Source: Anaerolineales bacterium
GTDB lineage: Bacteria > Chloroflexota > Anaerolineae > Anaerolineales > Villigracilaceae
Assembly (NCBI GenBank): GCA_035512375.1
Contig: DATKED010000297.1
Coordinates: 1-52,465, forward strand
Length of the DNA stretch: 52,465 bases
Direction of reading: 5' to 3'
Under the pieces are notes generated by a model. The model was not told the origin of the DNA, did not search any database, and was given only the letters and a program-made list of their open reading frames with translations. The position numbers and the translations under genes are program-made. Positions 39,591 to 49,852 of this stretch are shown here, in pieces (position 1 is the stretch's first letter; each line of letters begins with the position of its first letter).

Positions 39591-41150
39591 ATGTTTATTC
39601 TCGTGACCGTTACAACTTTATTGATTACGGCGCTTATCCTGCTTGTACTGCAATTTACAGCGCCAAACTTCCGCTACAACTGGTTGATCGCCACAGGCGG
39701 GGCTCTGCTCGGGTGGATCAGCGTGTTTGCCTGGCAGGCGCAAATGCCGTTTGCTCTGCAATTCCCTGCCTGGCAGCCTGCGGTGTTATTCTCCCAGTCT
39801 CCCACATTTGTGGCGGATGGCATCGCATGGACGTTTACAGTAAGCCTCGCCTCGCTCTGCCTGGCAATCATCCTCACGGCAGTGGCGCGCCCTAACTTCC
39901 CCAGACCCATCAACTGGATAGGGACTTTGATGCTGACTTCTCTGGGCATCCTCGCCGTCGTGGCAGACAACCCGTTGACACTGGTGCTGATCTGGGCAGC
40001 CATTGACATCTCTGAATTGATCGTACAAATGCGTGTCGTGGAAGATCCGCAGCTGAGCGAACGCACGGTAATCGCGTTTGCCTGGCGCGCGACTGGCATT
40101 CTCGTTTTGTTATGGGCAGGCATGGTGAGCGTAGCAAATGGACAAGCCCTGGATTTCCGATCTGCACCCCCGCAGGCCGGATTGTTTTTGGTGCTCGCGG
40201 CAGGTCTGCGGATCGGTGTTTTGCCGCTTCATCTTCCCTACCCCGACGAATCATCTCTTCGGCGCGGTTTCGGAACCGGCTTGCGAATGATCTCCGTGGC
40301 ATCCAGCCTCATATTGCTTGCGAGAATTCCATCCAGCAGTATTGCCTCTCCACTGACACCTTACTTGATTATCCTCGTGTCACTGGCAGCGATCTATGGG
40401 GGCTGGCAGTGGCTGCGCGCGCCAGACGAATTGACTGGAAGGCCGTTTTGGTTAATTGGAATGGGTGCGCTTGCCGTTGCCGCGGCATTGCGCGCCAATC
40501 CGATCGGCGCAACCGCATGGGGGTGTGGACTGATCCTTTCGGGCGGTGCGTTGTTTTTATCGTCCGAACAAAATAAATGGCTCACCCGTGCATTATTAAT
40601 TAGTGCATGGGGCATATCGGCATTGCCTTTCTCTCTTACGGCAACAGGCTGGGAAAGCGCCACGCCAAACTCCCTGCTTACCTGGCTGGCTTGGCCTCTC
40701 CTGATCGTTGCACATGCTATGATTGTCGCAGGTTTTATCCGTCACAGTCTGCGCACGACCACGCGCATCAGCAGGGAAGAGCAACCCATTTGGGCAAAGA
40801 ATGTTTATCCAATTGGCATCTCCCTTTTGTTACTGACCACCATACTTCTCGGTTTATTTGGATGGGATGGAAGGTTGCAGTTCGGTAACTGGTTTGTGGG
40901 AACACTCGCCGCGCTTCTGACCATTGGCTTGGTCTGGCTTACCCCGCGTTTACGCATCCTCAACCCGGTCCGCGCACATTGGGTCCGACCTACGAACGCC
41001 TCCTGGCTCGAGTGGGGTTATCAAGCTCTTTGGAAGCTCTACCGACAACTCGGACGCGTCAGCAATGGGATCTCAAACGTGCTGGAAGGTGAAAGCGGAA
41101 TGATGTGGACGTTGTTGTTTCTTGCACTCTTCATTTCATTCTTCGTATAA
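39591..41150 (+). CDS. Divergent NuoL/HyfB-like antiporter-type membrane subunit
   Basis: Polytopic; ADNPLTLVLIW and LRIGVLPLH resemble Proton_antipo_M motifs. Confidence 0.65.
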   Translation: MFILVTVTTLLITALILLVLQFTAPNFRYNWLIATGGALLGWISVFAWQAQMPFALQFPAWQPAVLFSQSPTFVADGIAWTFTVSLASLCLAIILTAVARPNFPRPINWIGTLMLTSLGILAVVADNPLTLVLIWAAIDISELIVQMRVVEDPQLSERTVIAFAWRATGILVLLWAGMVSVANGQALDFRSAPPQAGLFLVLAAGLRIGVLPLHLPYPDESSLRRGFGTGLRMISVASSLILLARIPSSSIASPLTPYLIILVSLAAIYGGWQWLRAPDELTGRPFWLIGMGALAVAAALRANPIGATAWGCGLILSGGALFLSSEQNKWLTRALLISAWGISALPFSLTATGWESATPNSLLTWLAWPLLIVAHAMIVAGFIRHSLRTTTRISREEQPIWAKNVYPIGISLLLLTTILLGLFGWDGRLQFGNWFVGTLAALLTIGLVWLTPRLRILNPVRAHWVRPTNASWLEWGYQALWKLYRQLGRVSNGISNVLEGESGMMWTLLFLALFISFFV

Positions 41151-41165
41151 AGGAACCCCTGATTC

Positions 41166-41765
41166 GTGGAAATCACATTTGCCTGGATCGCTGTTGTCCT
41201 GATCGTTATTACATCAGCAGGTCTGCTGTTTGCACGTGATTGGCGCTGGAGCATCATCCTTCTTGCGGTTCAATACTTTGGCATGTTCGTGCTCACGCTT
41301 CAACACTGGCCGGCTGGAATGGCTGCAGTAAAAGTAGTTGCAGGCTGGATGTCTGCTGCCATTCTCGGCATGACCCGCTCAGGCTTATCAAATGAAGATC
41401 TGACGGGGAAAAATATCTGGCCACGCGGACGGCTCTTCCGCCTTTTTGCAACGGCTACCGTTGTATTGATCGTTGCGGTTGTAACGCCGAGTGTAGATAC
41501 AATCATGGCTGCTGCAGGTTTCCCGGTCACCAATGGAAGTCTCTTACTCATAGGAATGGGTTTACTTCATCTGAGTATTACCGCACGCATCCTGCGCGTG
41601 ACAATAGGATTGATGACAGTTCTCTCCGGGTTTGAGATTCTTTATTCAACCATGGAAGGATCAGTGCTTGTTGCGGCGCTTCTGGCTGTTATCAATCTTG
41701 GGCTTGCGCTGGTCGGCTCTTACCTTTTGATCGCATCGAATACACAAGGGACCGAATCCACATGA
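41166..41765 (+). CDS. HyfE-like small membrane subunit
   Basis: About 6-7 TM; ILLAVQY and IGLMTVLSG resemble HyfE; stop overlaps the next ATG. Confidence 0.55.
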   Translation: MEITFAWIAVVLIVITSAGLLFARDWRWSIILLAVQYFGMFVLTLQHWPAGMAAVKVVAGWMSAAILGMTRSGLSNEDLTGKNIWPRGRLFRLFATATVVLIVAVVTPSVDTIMAAAGFPVTNGSLLLIGMGLLHLSITARILRVTIGLMTVLSGFEILYSTMEGSVLVAALLAVINLGLALVGSYLLIASNTQGTEST

Positions 41766-43159
41766 ATGCACCGACTCTTTGGATTATCGTCCCCATCTTT
41801 CTTGGCATTCTGTTATTGTTCATAAAGAATCAACGTGTGCTGAGTATCCTTGGTGGCTCGATCGCCCTGGCTTTGGCGCTGATCGCACAGATGGTTCCTA
41901 TCGGACTCGCGATGAGAGTGGGATCTTTTTCGCTAAAGATCGACCCATCCCTCATCATTCTCGGACGCTCACTGGTCATTCCACCAACAGAAGGCTCGTT
42001 GCTGGCATTGATCTACGGTGCAGCTGCTCTATGGTTCTTCGGTGCCCAGGCCTCGAAAACAGCAACGCGGATCGTGTCATTCGGCTTCATGATCATTGGT
42101 TTAATGGTGGCATCCCTGGCTGTGGAGCCCTTCTTATATGCCGCATTATTTATCGAGATGGCGATCCTTCTCGCCATCCCCATGCTTACCACGATCTATG
42201 TCCCGCCCGGCAGGGGCGTTGTGAGATTCCTCATCTATCAAACCCTTGCGATGCCGTTCATTTTGTTGGCTGGCTGGCTGCTGGCAGGAGTGGAGTCCAG
42301 CCCCGGTGATCTGGCACTGACCGCACAGTCCGCCGCGATGCTGGGGATGGGATTTGCATTTCTACTGGCGATCTTTCCACTTTACAACTGGATTCCTCTG
42401 CTGGTTGAGGAAAATTCCCCATACATAGTTGGTTTTCTCTTGTGGATTTTGCCAACGATGACGATTATCTTTGGTGCAGGCTTTTTGGATCGTTACTCAT
42501 GGCTTCGCTCCTCTCCACAACTCATTCTCGCACTACGCTCTGTAGGTTTGTTAATGGTTGTAACCAGCGGTGTCTTCGCCGCGTTTCAACGTCACCTCGG
42601 GCGGATTATGGCATACGGTTCGATCGCGGAAACCGGCTTTTCCCTCCTGGCGCTCAGCCTGGACTTCAGGCTCGGCATCCCGGTTTTATTCCTACTGATT
42701 CCTGCGCGCGCCCTCGGGCTGGCAGTTTGGTCACTTTCATTAACAGTGATTAAAGAAAACGTTGAAACAATGCGATTTGGCATGGCGCGCGGCATTTTGC
42801 GGATCGCTCCACTTGCAGGTGCAGGGATGATCATTGCCACACTTTCAACTGGTGCATTTCCTCTGCTGGCTGGCTTCCCTGCCAGGCTGGCTTTATGGGA
42901 AGGCCTATCCCGTGTTTCGATTAGTGCAGCTCTCTGGATGGCAATTGGTATTATCGGCCTGCTCACCAGCGCGTTCCGCTCACTGGCTGTCATCAGCATG
43001 GCAGATGAGTACACCGCCTGGAAGCCGCGCGAAACCCCCACACAAATGACCATGCTCGGACTGGGAATGATCGGGCTTTTCATCCTCGGTTTGTTCCCAC
43101 AAACAGTACAATTCTTCCTGGCGAACCTGCCCCTCATGTTCGAGCATCTGGGTCGTTAA
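41762..43159 (+). CDS. NuoM/N/HyfF-like proton-conducting membrane subunit
   Basis: ALFIEMA, IFPLYNWIP, QRHLGRIMAYGSIAETG, FPLLAGFPAR, LGLFP. Confidence 0.8.
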   Translation: MNAPTLWIIVPIFLGILLLFIKNQRVLSILGGSIALALALIAQMVPIGLAMRVGSFSLKIDPSLIILGRSLVIPPTEGSLLALIYGAAALWFFGAQASKTATRIVSFGFMIIGLMVASLAVEPFLYAALFIEMAILLAIPMLTTIYVPPGRGVVRFLIYQTLAMPFILLAGWLLAGVESSPGDLALTAQSAAMLGMGFAFLLAIFPLYNWIPLLVEENSPYIVGFLLWILPTMTIIFGAGFLDRYSWLRSSPQLILALRSVGLLMVVTSGVFAAFQRHLGRIMAYGSIAETGFSLLALSLDFRLGIPVLFLLIPARALGLAVWSLSLTVIKENVETMRFGMARGILRIAPLAGAGMIIATLSTGAFPLLAGFPARLALWEGLSRVSISAALWMAIGIIGLLTSAFRSLAVISMADEYTAWKPRETPTQMTMLGLGMIGLFILGLFPQTVQFFLANLPLMFEHLGR

Positions 43160-43216
43160 AACACGGGAGGTTGCACAGCGGTATAATGCACCACAAGTAA
43201 CCTGCTGGAGGAAGTC

Positions 43217-44422
43217 ATGGAATTTGAACAGCTCGTCAAACGCCTCGAATGGCTGGACGAAGAACACCGTAAGACCCGATCATCGATCATTACACTTGAA
43301 GAACGAATGGCTGCGCTGGACGGGAAAATAGAAACCGTTGCAAAACAGCTCAAGCCGCTTCCCAAACAAATTGCAGACGTTGCCAACACTGCCTCGCGTC
43401 TTAACCAGTTTGACGCCATCTTTGCCAAACAACGCGAAGACATGAACAAGGCAATCGATGATATCGAGAAGCGACACCAAAAGCGCGAAAAGGAATTGAC
43501 CAAACGGCACGAACAGGATTTTGAGCCAATCCTCAAGGCGCTCAATGAGTTCAGGCAGACGATTGACAACGAATTCCCGCCGATCAAACGCGACATCAAA
43601 GCTCGTGTCCTGGAGGAGAACCGCCTGCGCCAGGAAATCCAGGAATTAAAGCCGCCGATCGAAGCCGCCAAACGTGCTGCAGAGGAAGCCACCATCGTTC
43701 AGCACGCCTTCGATGAACACCGCAAACAGGAAGCCAAACGCGTCGCTGATCTGCAGGGTGAAATCGCGGCATTGCGCAAACGCATCGAAGAGGCAAAAAC
43801 CAAAGCAGACTTGAATGCCGACAGTTGGAAAAATATGGACAATCGCATCAAGGAGTTGATGCAGTCAGAAGTTGAACGGAAAGCCGCCCAAAATGCGTTT
43901 ATCGATCAACAATCTCTTGTGCATTTGGACCGCGAGCGCATGTATAAAGAATGGAAGCAAAGATTTGACTCAATAACGGTACAGACGGAAACATTTGATT
44001 CGCAGGTGCAGGCCCTGGAGGAAATGCTAAGGAACGCCAAACGCGCCCAGGAATCCTACAACGAACTCAACATCAAACTCGAGCGCCGCATCAGCGAAGT
44101 GACCGAGATGCAGCGGCTTTCAGAAGACAGGCTGCGTCAGGAATGGGTCACGTTCAAAGCCGATGACCAGAAACGCTGGATAGGCTATTCACTGTCACAA
44201 AATGAAGGTACAAAAGATTTGAACCGCGCCCTGCAAAAATTGGAGGAACGCATTCCTCCACTGGATGACGCCATACAAACCCTTCAGGACCAGCTTCACC
44301 AAACCGCAGACGCAACGGAACAACAACTCCAGGAATTGATGAATGTTGCACACGAATGGCTCTCCGCCTATGAGCGAATCATGGGACACGGCAAAAAAGT
44401 CAACAGCAAAAAGAGTAGATAA
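43217..44422 (+). CDS. Long coiled-coil protein
   Basis: E/K/Q/L-rich heptad pattern throughout, no TM; GGAGG SD and upstream TATAAT. Confidence 0.85.
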   Translation: MEFEQLVKRLEWLDEEHRKTRSSIITLEERMAALDGKIETVAKQLKPLPKQIADVANTASRLNQFDAIFAKQREDMNKAIDDIEKRHQKREKELTKRHEQDFEPILKALNEFRQTIDNEFPPIKRDIKARVLEENRLRQEIQELKPPIEAAKRAAEEATIVQHAFDEHRKQEAKRVADLQGEIAALRKRIEEAKTKADLNADSWKNMDNRIKELMQSEVERKAAQNAFIDQQSLVHLDRERMYKEWKQRFDSITVQTETFDSQVQALEEMLRNAKRAQESYNELNIKLERRISEVTEMQRLSEDRLRQEWVTFKADDQKRWIGYSLSQNEGTKDLNRALQKLEERIPPLDDAIQTLQDQLHQTADATEQQLQELMNVAHEWLSAYERIMGHGKKVNSKKSR

Positions 44423-44469
44423 GTATTGCTTCATTTTTTACCATTTGCCCCTGGCGGAGATATTGAAGA

Positions 44470-44517
44470 CACGGAGACACAGAGAATTTTAGCGCTCAGT
44501 GACTCTGTGTCTCCGTG
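44470..44517. repeat. Palindromic CACAGAG/CTCTGTG element
   Basis: Perfect 15-bp IR CACGGAGACACAGAG/CTCTGTGTCTCCGTG. Confidence 0.75.
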
Positions 44518-44535
44518 ATGAACAGGAAAAACAAT

Positions 44536-46437
44536 ATGCGCGTGATTGGGACAGCCGGTCACGTTGACCACGGCAAGTCCACGCTGATCGCAGCCCTCAC
44601 GGGAACACATCCCGACCGCCTAAAAGAAGAACAGGCGCGCGAAATGACAATCGAACTTGGCTTCGGCTGGATGACTCTTCCAAATGGGGAAGAGGTTGGC
44701 ATAGTGGATGTTCCCGGTCATCGCGATTTCATCGAAAATATGTTATCTGGGATCGGGGGAATTGACGCCGCTCTCCTCGTGATTGCAGCAGATGAAGGGG
44801 TAATGCCACAGACCCGGGAACACCTGGCAATCCTGGATCTCTTACAGATTCCCGCGGGACTCATCGTTTTGACAAAGACCGACCTCGCCTCCGACCCAGC
44901 CTGGCTTGATCTCATTGAAACAGACATTCGCGCCGCTGTCAGCGGCACGGTGATGGATAACGTGCCCATCGTACGCGTCTCTGCGAAAACCAAAAGCGGA
45001 CTCGATTCTCTAATCTCAAATCTCGAATCTGTCCTCCAGCAAAAGCCGGCCCGCCTCGACCTCAATCGACCGCGCTTACCCATCGACCGCGTCTTCAGCA
45101 TGAGCGGCTTCGGGACTGTTGTCACAGGCACGTTGCTGGATGGCCAGCTTACTCTCGGCGATGAAGTGGAGATATTGCCCTCCGGGCAAAGAGGGCGCGT
45201 GCGAGGCTTGCAAACGCACAAGAAAAAGGAAGAAAAAGCCGTGCCGGGCTCACGGACCGCGATGAACATTTCAGGCATTGTGACCGAATCCGTTCGGCGC
45301 GGTGAAGTTGTTATACACCCGAATCAATATCAAGCCACCAGGAGAATCGACGCGCGCTTTCGCCTGCTCAATGACGTTTCGTCAGCACTCAAACACAACA
45401 GCGAAGTGAAGTTTTTCGTTGGTGCGAGTGAAACCATCGCAAACTTACGCTTACTTGGAACGGAAACACTCGATCCCGACGAAGAGGGTTGGATCCAGCT
45501 CGAATTGCGCGACCCCGTCATTGCGGTGCGCGGCGACAGATATATCCTTCGGCGGCCCTCGCCCGGTGAAACGCTCGGTGGCGGAGTGATCGTTGACCAT
45601 CAACCGAAAGGACGACACAAACGCTTCGATGAAGCCGTTTTGAGATCACTGGAATCCCTGATGCAGGGCACGCCAGCAGATGTATTACTCGAAGCGGCAA
45701 TGTCTTTGAACATCGCCAGCGTAAAAGAAATTGTTGCCCGGTCGCGGCTTGAAGCGGCAAACGCTGAAACTGCCCTGAAGCAATTGCTGGATGCCGGATC
45801 TCTCATTCCTCTTGAAGCTGGCACACCGGCCCCAACAAGTGATCTTCTCGTCATCGCGCTCCCCCATTGGAATGCCTTGTATGAAAAAATCCTGCAGATC
45901 GTTGAGTCCTATCACAGAAATTATCCACTGCGGCGCGGCATCCCGCGCGAAGAACTCAAAAGCAGGCTCAAATTATTACCGCGCCCGTTCAATTCACTTG
46001 TTACAAATTATCTATCCCAAAACATCTTGAAGGACACCAGCAATTCTCTTGCGAAGCCCCACCATGAGATAACGTTCGATCACAGCCAGCAGGTCATGAT
46101 CCAGGCATTGATGCGAAAGTTCCAGCAGAATCCGTACAGTCCACCAGGTGCCAAAGAACTGCAAACAGAAGTTAATGAAGAAATCCTGGGTGCGCTAATG
46201 GAATTGGATGAGTTAATCGCAGTTTCATCAGATGTGATTTTCCGTAAACAGGATTATGACTTCATGGTGGATAAAATAAAGCAAGAGATCCGGCAAAAGG
46301 AAAAAATAGCGCTGGGTGAGGTGCGCGATCTTTTCAGTACCAGCCGCAAATATGCCCAGGCATTGCTGGAGCATCTCGACGCGACCGGCGTCACGGTGCG
46401 CGATGGAGATTTTAGAAAACTACGACAGAAGACATAG
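44536..46437 (+). CDS. selB: Selenocysteine-specific elongation factor SelB
   Basis: VIGTAGHVDHGKS, DRLKEE..REMTIELGF, DVPGH, C-terminal winged helices ending SRKYA..LLEHLD. Confidence 0.97.
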   Translation: MRVIGTAGHVDHGKSTLIAALTGTHPDRLKEEQAREMTIELGFGWMTLPNGEEVGIVDVPGHRDFIENMLSGIGGIDAALLVIAADEGVMPQTREHLAILDLLQIPAGLIVLTKTDLASDPAWLDLIETDIRAAVSGTVMDNVPIVRVSAKTKSGLDSLISNLESVLQQKPARLDLNRPRLPIDRVFSMSGFGTVVTGTLLDGQLTLGDEVEILPSGQRGRVRGLQTHKKKEEKAVPGSRTAMNISGIVTESVRRGEVVIHPNQYQATRRIDARFRLLNDVSSALKHNSEVKFFVGASETIANLRLLGTETLDPDEEGWIQLELRDPVIAVRGDRYILRRPSPGETLGGGVIVDHQPKGRHKRFDEAVLRSLESLMQGTPADVLLEAAMSLNIASVKEIVARSRLEAANAETALKQLLDAGSLIPLEAGTPAPTSDLLVIALPHWNALYEKILQIVESYHRNYPLRRGIPREELKSRLKLLPRPFNSLVTNYLSQNILKDTSNSLAKPHHEITFDHSQQVMIQALMRKFQQNPYSPPGAKELQTEVNEEILGALMELDELIAVSSDVIFRKQDYDFMVDKIKQEIRQKEKIALGEVRDLFSTSRKYAQALLEHLDATGVTVRDGDFRKLRQKT

Positions 46438-46574
46438 CTCACCGATTGGATCTGATAAAATTTTCCGACGTAAACAACGAGAATATTTAGGTAAAATCAG
46501 GGTTAGACAAATAGTGACCTTTTTTCACGCTGCCAAACATGCCCTAACAAATAATATTGACATAAGGAGTGATC

Positions 46575-47246
46575 ATGTGTGGACGATTTACATTGACCGT
46601 TAATCCTGCCGAAGCGCAGGAAACTTTTAGTGAATACACTTTCCCACAACCGTTTGCACCGCGCTTTAATATCGCACCCTCGCAACCGGTTCTTGTGATC
46701 CCGAACGACGACCAGAATACAGCCGATTTTTTCGTGTGGGGGCTCATCCCCATGTGGGCCAAGGACCCAGGGATCGGCAACCGACTGATCAATGCCCGCG
46801 GCGAAACACTGGAAGAAAAACCAGCTTTTCGCAGCAGCCTTAAATACAAGCGCTGTCTCATCCTTGCCGACGGCTTTTATGAATGGAAAGGCTCACCGGG
46901 CAAAAAGCTCAAAACGCCATTTTTCATTCATAGGAAAGACCGCAAGCCTTTTGCTTTTGCAGGACTCTGGGATTCATGGACCAGCCCCGATGGCTCGCTG
47001 GTCAAATCCTGCACGATCATTACGACCGAACCCAATGAGCTGACAGGCATTATTCACAACCGCATGCCGGTCATCCTTCATCCCCGCGATTACGCCAAAT
47101 GGCTGGACCCAGCGCCTCAGACTCCCGATCAGCTGAAACCATTGCTCAAGCCCTTCCCCGCTGACCTGATGAATGCATACCCGGTCGGAACAATGGTGAA
47201 TACCCCCGCGAACGATACGGCAGAACTGGTCGTCCCAGCCAAGTAA
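46575..47246 (+). CDS. SRAP (YedK/HMCES-like) abasic-site protecting protein
   Basis: N-terminal MCGRF, RFNIAP, INARGET, DGFYEW, IHNRMPVIL. Confidence 0.95.
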   Translation: MCGRFTLTVNPAEAQETFSEYTFPQPFAPRFNIAPSQPVLVIPNDDQNTADFFVWGLIPMWAKDPGIGNRLINARGETLEEKPAFRSSLKYKRCLILADGFYEWKGSPGKKLKTPFFIHRKDRKPFAFAGLWDSWTSPDGSLVKSCTIITTEPNELTGIIHNRMPVILHPRDYAKWLDPAPQTPDQLKPLLKPFPADLMNAYPVGTMVNTPANDTAELVVPAK

Positions 47247-47252
47247 TAAATA

Positions 47253-48515
47253 ATGCAGGCAATTCATTTGTCCATTGCGCGGCGGTTTCCCGCCCTGGCT
47301 TCGCGCGACTTTACCATTTTCCTGGTGGGACAATTCATCTCGGTCATTGGTACGTGGATGCAGAATACAGCCCAGCCATATCTGGCTTACCGCATCTCGG
47401 GCCGTCCGCTCGACCTGGGGTTGATCGGCTTTGCCTCGACTTTACCAACCCTCCTTTTGGCTTTACCCGCAGGTGTCCTCGTCGAGCGCTGGGATAAGCG
47501 CAAGACCGTGATCATTTTCCAGTCCATTATGTCGCTTCAGGCGCTCGGGCTCGCCGCGCTGACGTTTACCGGGCAGGTCCAGATCTGGCATATTAGTGTA
47601 CTGGCACTCATTTTCGGCACAGCCAGCGCCGTGGAGATCACCGCGCGGCAAGCCATGTTGATCGAGCTCGCTGGCCGCGAGGCACTCCCCAGCGCGATCG
47701 CATTACAGACTACAGCTTTCAATGTAGGGCGCGTACTGGGTCCCCTGACCGCATCCTGGTTATTGACCTCAACGGGCACAGAAGGAAGCGTCTTTCTGGC
47801 AAATGGTGTTAGTTTTGTATTTGTGATCGCCGGATTGGTGATTGCCCAGACACGTTATAAAGTCCCGCGCGAAACGGATGGGAAGAAAAGCCTGGGTATG
47901 GAATTCCGTGAGGGGTGGTCTTATATTCGCAGAAACACACTTGTGGCTTCCATCATCTTGATGTCTGCACTGGTAGGCTTTTTTGGCTTTCCTCTCATAC
48001 AACAAATCCCTGCGTTGGCGCGGGATGTGTTAGAAACAGCCAGCGATACGGAAGCAGTCGTCGCCGCGCGTACCAGTCTTTTATATGCCGCGCAGGGAGC
48101 AGGCGCGCTGACCGCTGCGCTCCTCGCCGCTTATATGAGTTCCTCTCGAAATAAAGGACTGATGGTCACGCTTGGGCAGATCGCTTTTATTGTCCCATTG
48201 ATCGGGCTCGGGTACGTGCCCAACTTGAGTATTTCACTCATTTTGTTGGTAATAGTTGGCTGGGGTACGGTCACGCAACTCGTCTCGATGAATACTCTCA
48301 TCCAGGTGAGCGTTCCCGATGGACTGCGCGGCCGCGTGTTCAGTGTCTATTTGTGGGCGCTGCAGGGCGTGGCACCCTTCGGAAGCCTGCTCATTGGCTG
48401 GATCGCCCAGAACTGGGGAGTGCCGGTGGCCGCCCTTACCGGCGGACTGGTTTCGCTTGTATCCATAGGCGCGCTGCATCTGATCAGCCCTGGCGTACGC
48501 CGCGCGCAGGCTTAA
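47253..48515 (+). CDS. MFS transporter (MFS_3/DHA3-like)
   Basis: GQFISVIGTWMQ, GVLVERWDKR, VPDGLRGRV. Confidence 0.92.
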   Translation: MQAIHLSIARRFPALASRDFTIFLVGQFISVIGTWMQNTAQPYLAYRISGRPLDLGLIGFASTLPTLLLALPAGVLVERWDKRKTVIIFQSIMSLQALGLAALTFTGQVQIWHISVLALIFGTASAVEITARQAMLIELAGREALPSAIALQTTAFNVGRVLGPLTASWLLTSTGTEGSVFLANGVSFVFVIAGLVIAQTRYKVPRETDGKKSLGMEFREGWSYIRRNTLVASIILMSALVGFFGFPLIQQIPALARDVLETASDTEAVVAARTSLLYAAQGAGALTAALLAAYMSSSRNKGLMVTLGQIAFIVPLIGLGYVPNLSISLILLVIVGWGTVTQLVSMNTLIQVSVPDGLRGRVFSVYLWALQGVAPFGSLLIGWIAQNWGVPVAALTGGLVSLVSIGALHLISPGVRRAQA

Positions 48516-48595
48516 CGTCAGGTTAGCGTCGAAAAGCACGGGTTGACGCTTATTTTTTGCCCATGTTATGATGTTTTGTTTGGAGACGACAATTG

Positions 48596-49756
48596 ATGGA
48601 CAATAAACCACCTTCAAAGAAGGACACTGACGCTCCCGGCTTTTTTTCCCGCCTTTTCAACACATTAATCGGCTTGGGCTTGGGGGAATCGATGCTGCGC
48701 GCCGGCACGACTCTGCTTTCCATACTTTTGCTTGGCAGTGTAATCTGGTTATTGAGGGTGTTCTACGCGCAGGCTCAGGACATCGGGGATTCGGTCAACG
48801 CACTTGAAACGGGACCCACTGCTCCGATCGCGCGAATCGAAGATGCCCCTTCGCAAGGTGAGATATCGTTTGGTGGAATTCCGCGTTTAGCGCAGGTACA
48901 TACCACTATCCCATCCCGTCCTCGACAGGAAGTGGTCAAATATACCGTACTGGAGGGCGATACGGTTTTTGGGATCGCGGATAAATTCGGGTTGAAACCT
49001 GAGACGATTTTATGGGGCAATTATTATATTTTGCTCGATGATCCACATGCTTTGCAGCCGGCGCAGGAATTGAATATCCTGCCGGTGGATGGCACGTATC
49101 ATGAATGGCAACCAGGGGAGGGCTTGAATGGTATCTCTCAATATTATGGGGTAACCGCCGAAGAAATCATCAATTACCCGGCCAACAACCTGGATCCCGC
49201 CACAATTGGTGACTTCGCAAACCCAAATATCGCCCCTGGCACGTGGCTGGTGGTGCCAAGCGGCAGGCGGGAGTTCATCTCGTGGAGCGCGCCACTCGGT
49301 GTGACACGCGAGAATCCTGCCTCTGCGCGTGTGCTCGGACCCGGCGCCTGTGATCCGAGCAGCGGTGGTGCAGTTGGGTTTGGCGGGTTTATCTGGCCCG
49401 CCAATAATCACTATCTTTCAGGTTTTGATTACGTTCCCAGCGCTAATCATTGGGGCATTGATATTGCAGGTAATGACGGCGAAGGAGTGTATGCAACTGA
49501 TGCTGGCGTTGTTGTTTATGCAGGCTGGAATAACTACGGTTATGGAAATATGATCATGGTTGATCACGGGAATAATTTCCAGTCCTTGTATGCGCATTTG
49601 AGCGGAATTAGTGTTGGATGCGGCCAAAGCGTGGGGCAGGGAGATCTGATCGGAGCGATCGGTAATACCGGGCGTTCCAGTGGATCGCATTTGCATTTCG
49701 AGATCAGAGCAATCTCCTCCTGGGTCAACCCGTGGGATGTGTTGCCGCCGCCATAA
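48596..49756 (+). CDS. TM - LysM - M23 peptidase
   Basis: YTVLEGDTVFGIA LysM, HWGIDIA, YAHL, TGRSSGSHLHFE. Confidence 0.93.
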   Translation: MDNKPPSKKDTDAPGFFSRLFNTLIGLGLGESMLRAGTTLLSILLLGSVIWLLRVFYAQAQDIGDSVNALETGPTAPIARIEDAPSQGEISFGGIPRLAQVHTTIPSRPRQEVVKYTVLEGDTVFGIADKFGLKPETILWGNYYILLDDPHALQPAQELNILPVDGTYHEWQPGEGLNGISQYYGVTAEEIINYPANNLDPATIGDFANPNIAPGTWLVVPSGRREFISWSAPLGVTRENPASARVLGPGACDPSSGGAVGFGGFIWPANNHYLSGFDYVPSANHWGIDIAGNDGEGVYATDAGVVVYAGWNNYGYGNMIMVDHGNNFQSLYAHLSGISVGCGQSVGQGDLIGAIGNTGRSSGSHLHFEIRAISSWVNPWDVLPPP

Positions 49757-49812
49757 TAGTAACGAGGTATTCAAGTAGGCAGTATACAGGTAGAGGTGAA
49801 TTGAAAAGATGC

Positions 49813-49841
49813 TTGCAGTAGAAAGTACTCTCGGCTATAAT
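49813..49841 (+). promoter_or_regulatory. Sigma70 promoter of the tRNA locus
   Basis: TTGCAG-17nt-TATAAT followed by a GC-rich discriminator. Confidence 0.8.
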
Positions 49842-49852
49842 CTGCGTCGCCC

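Noticed and set aside
46440-46574. LexA box upstream of the SRAP gene
   Set aside because: No convincing GAAC-N4-GTTC palindrome seen.
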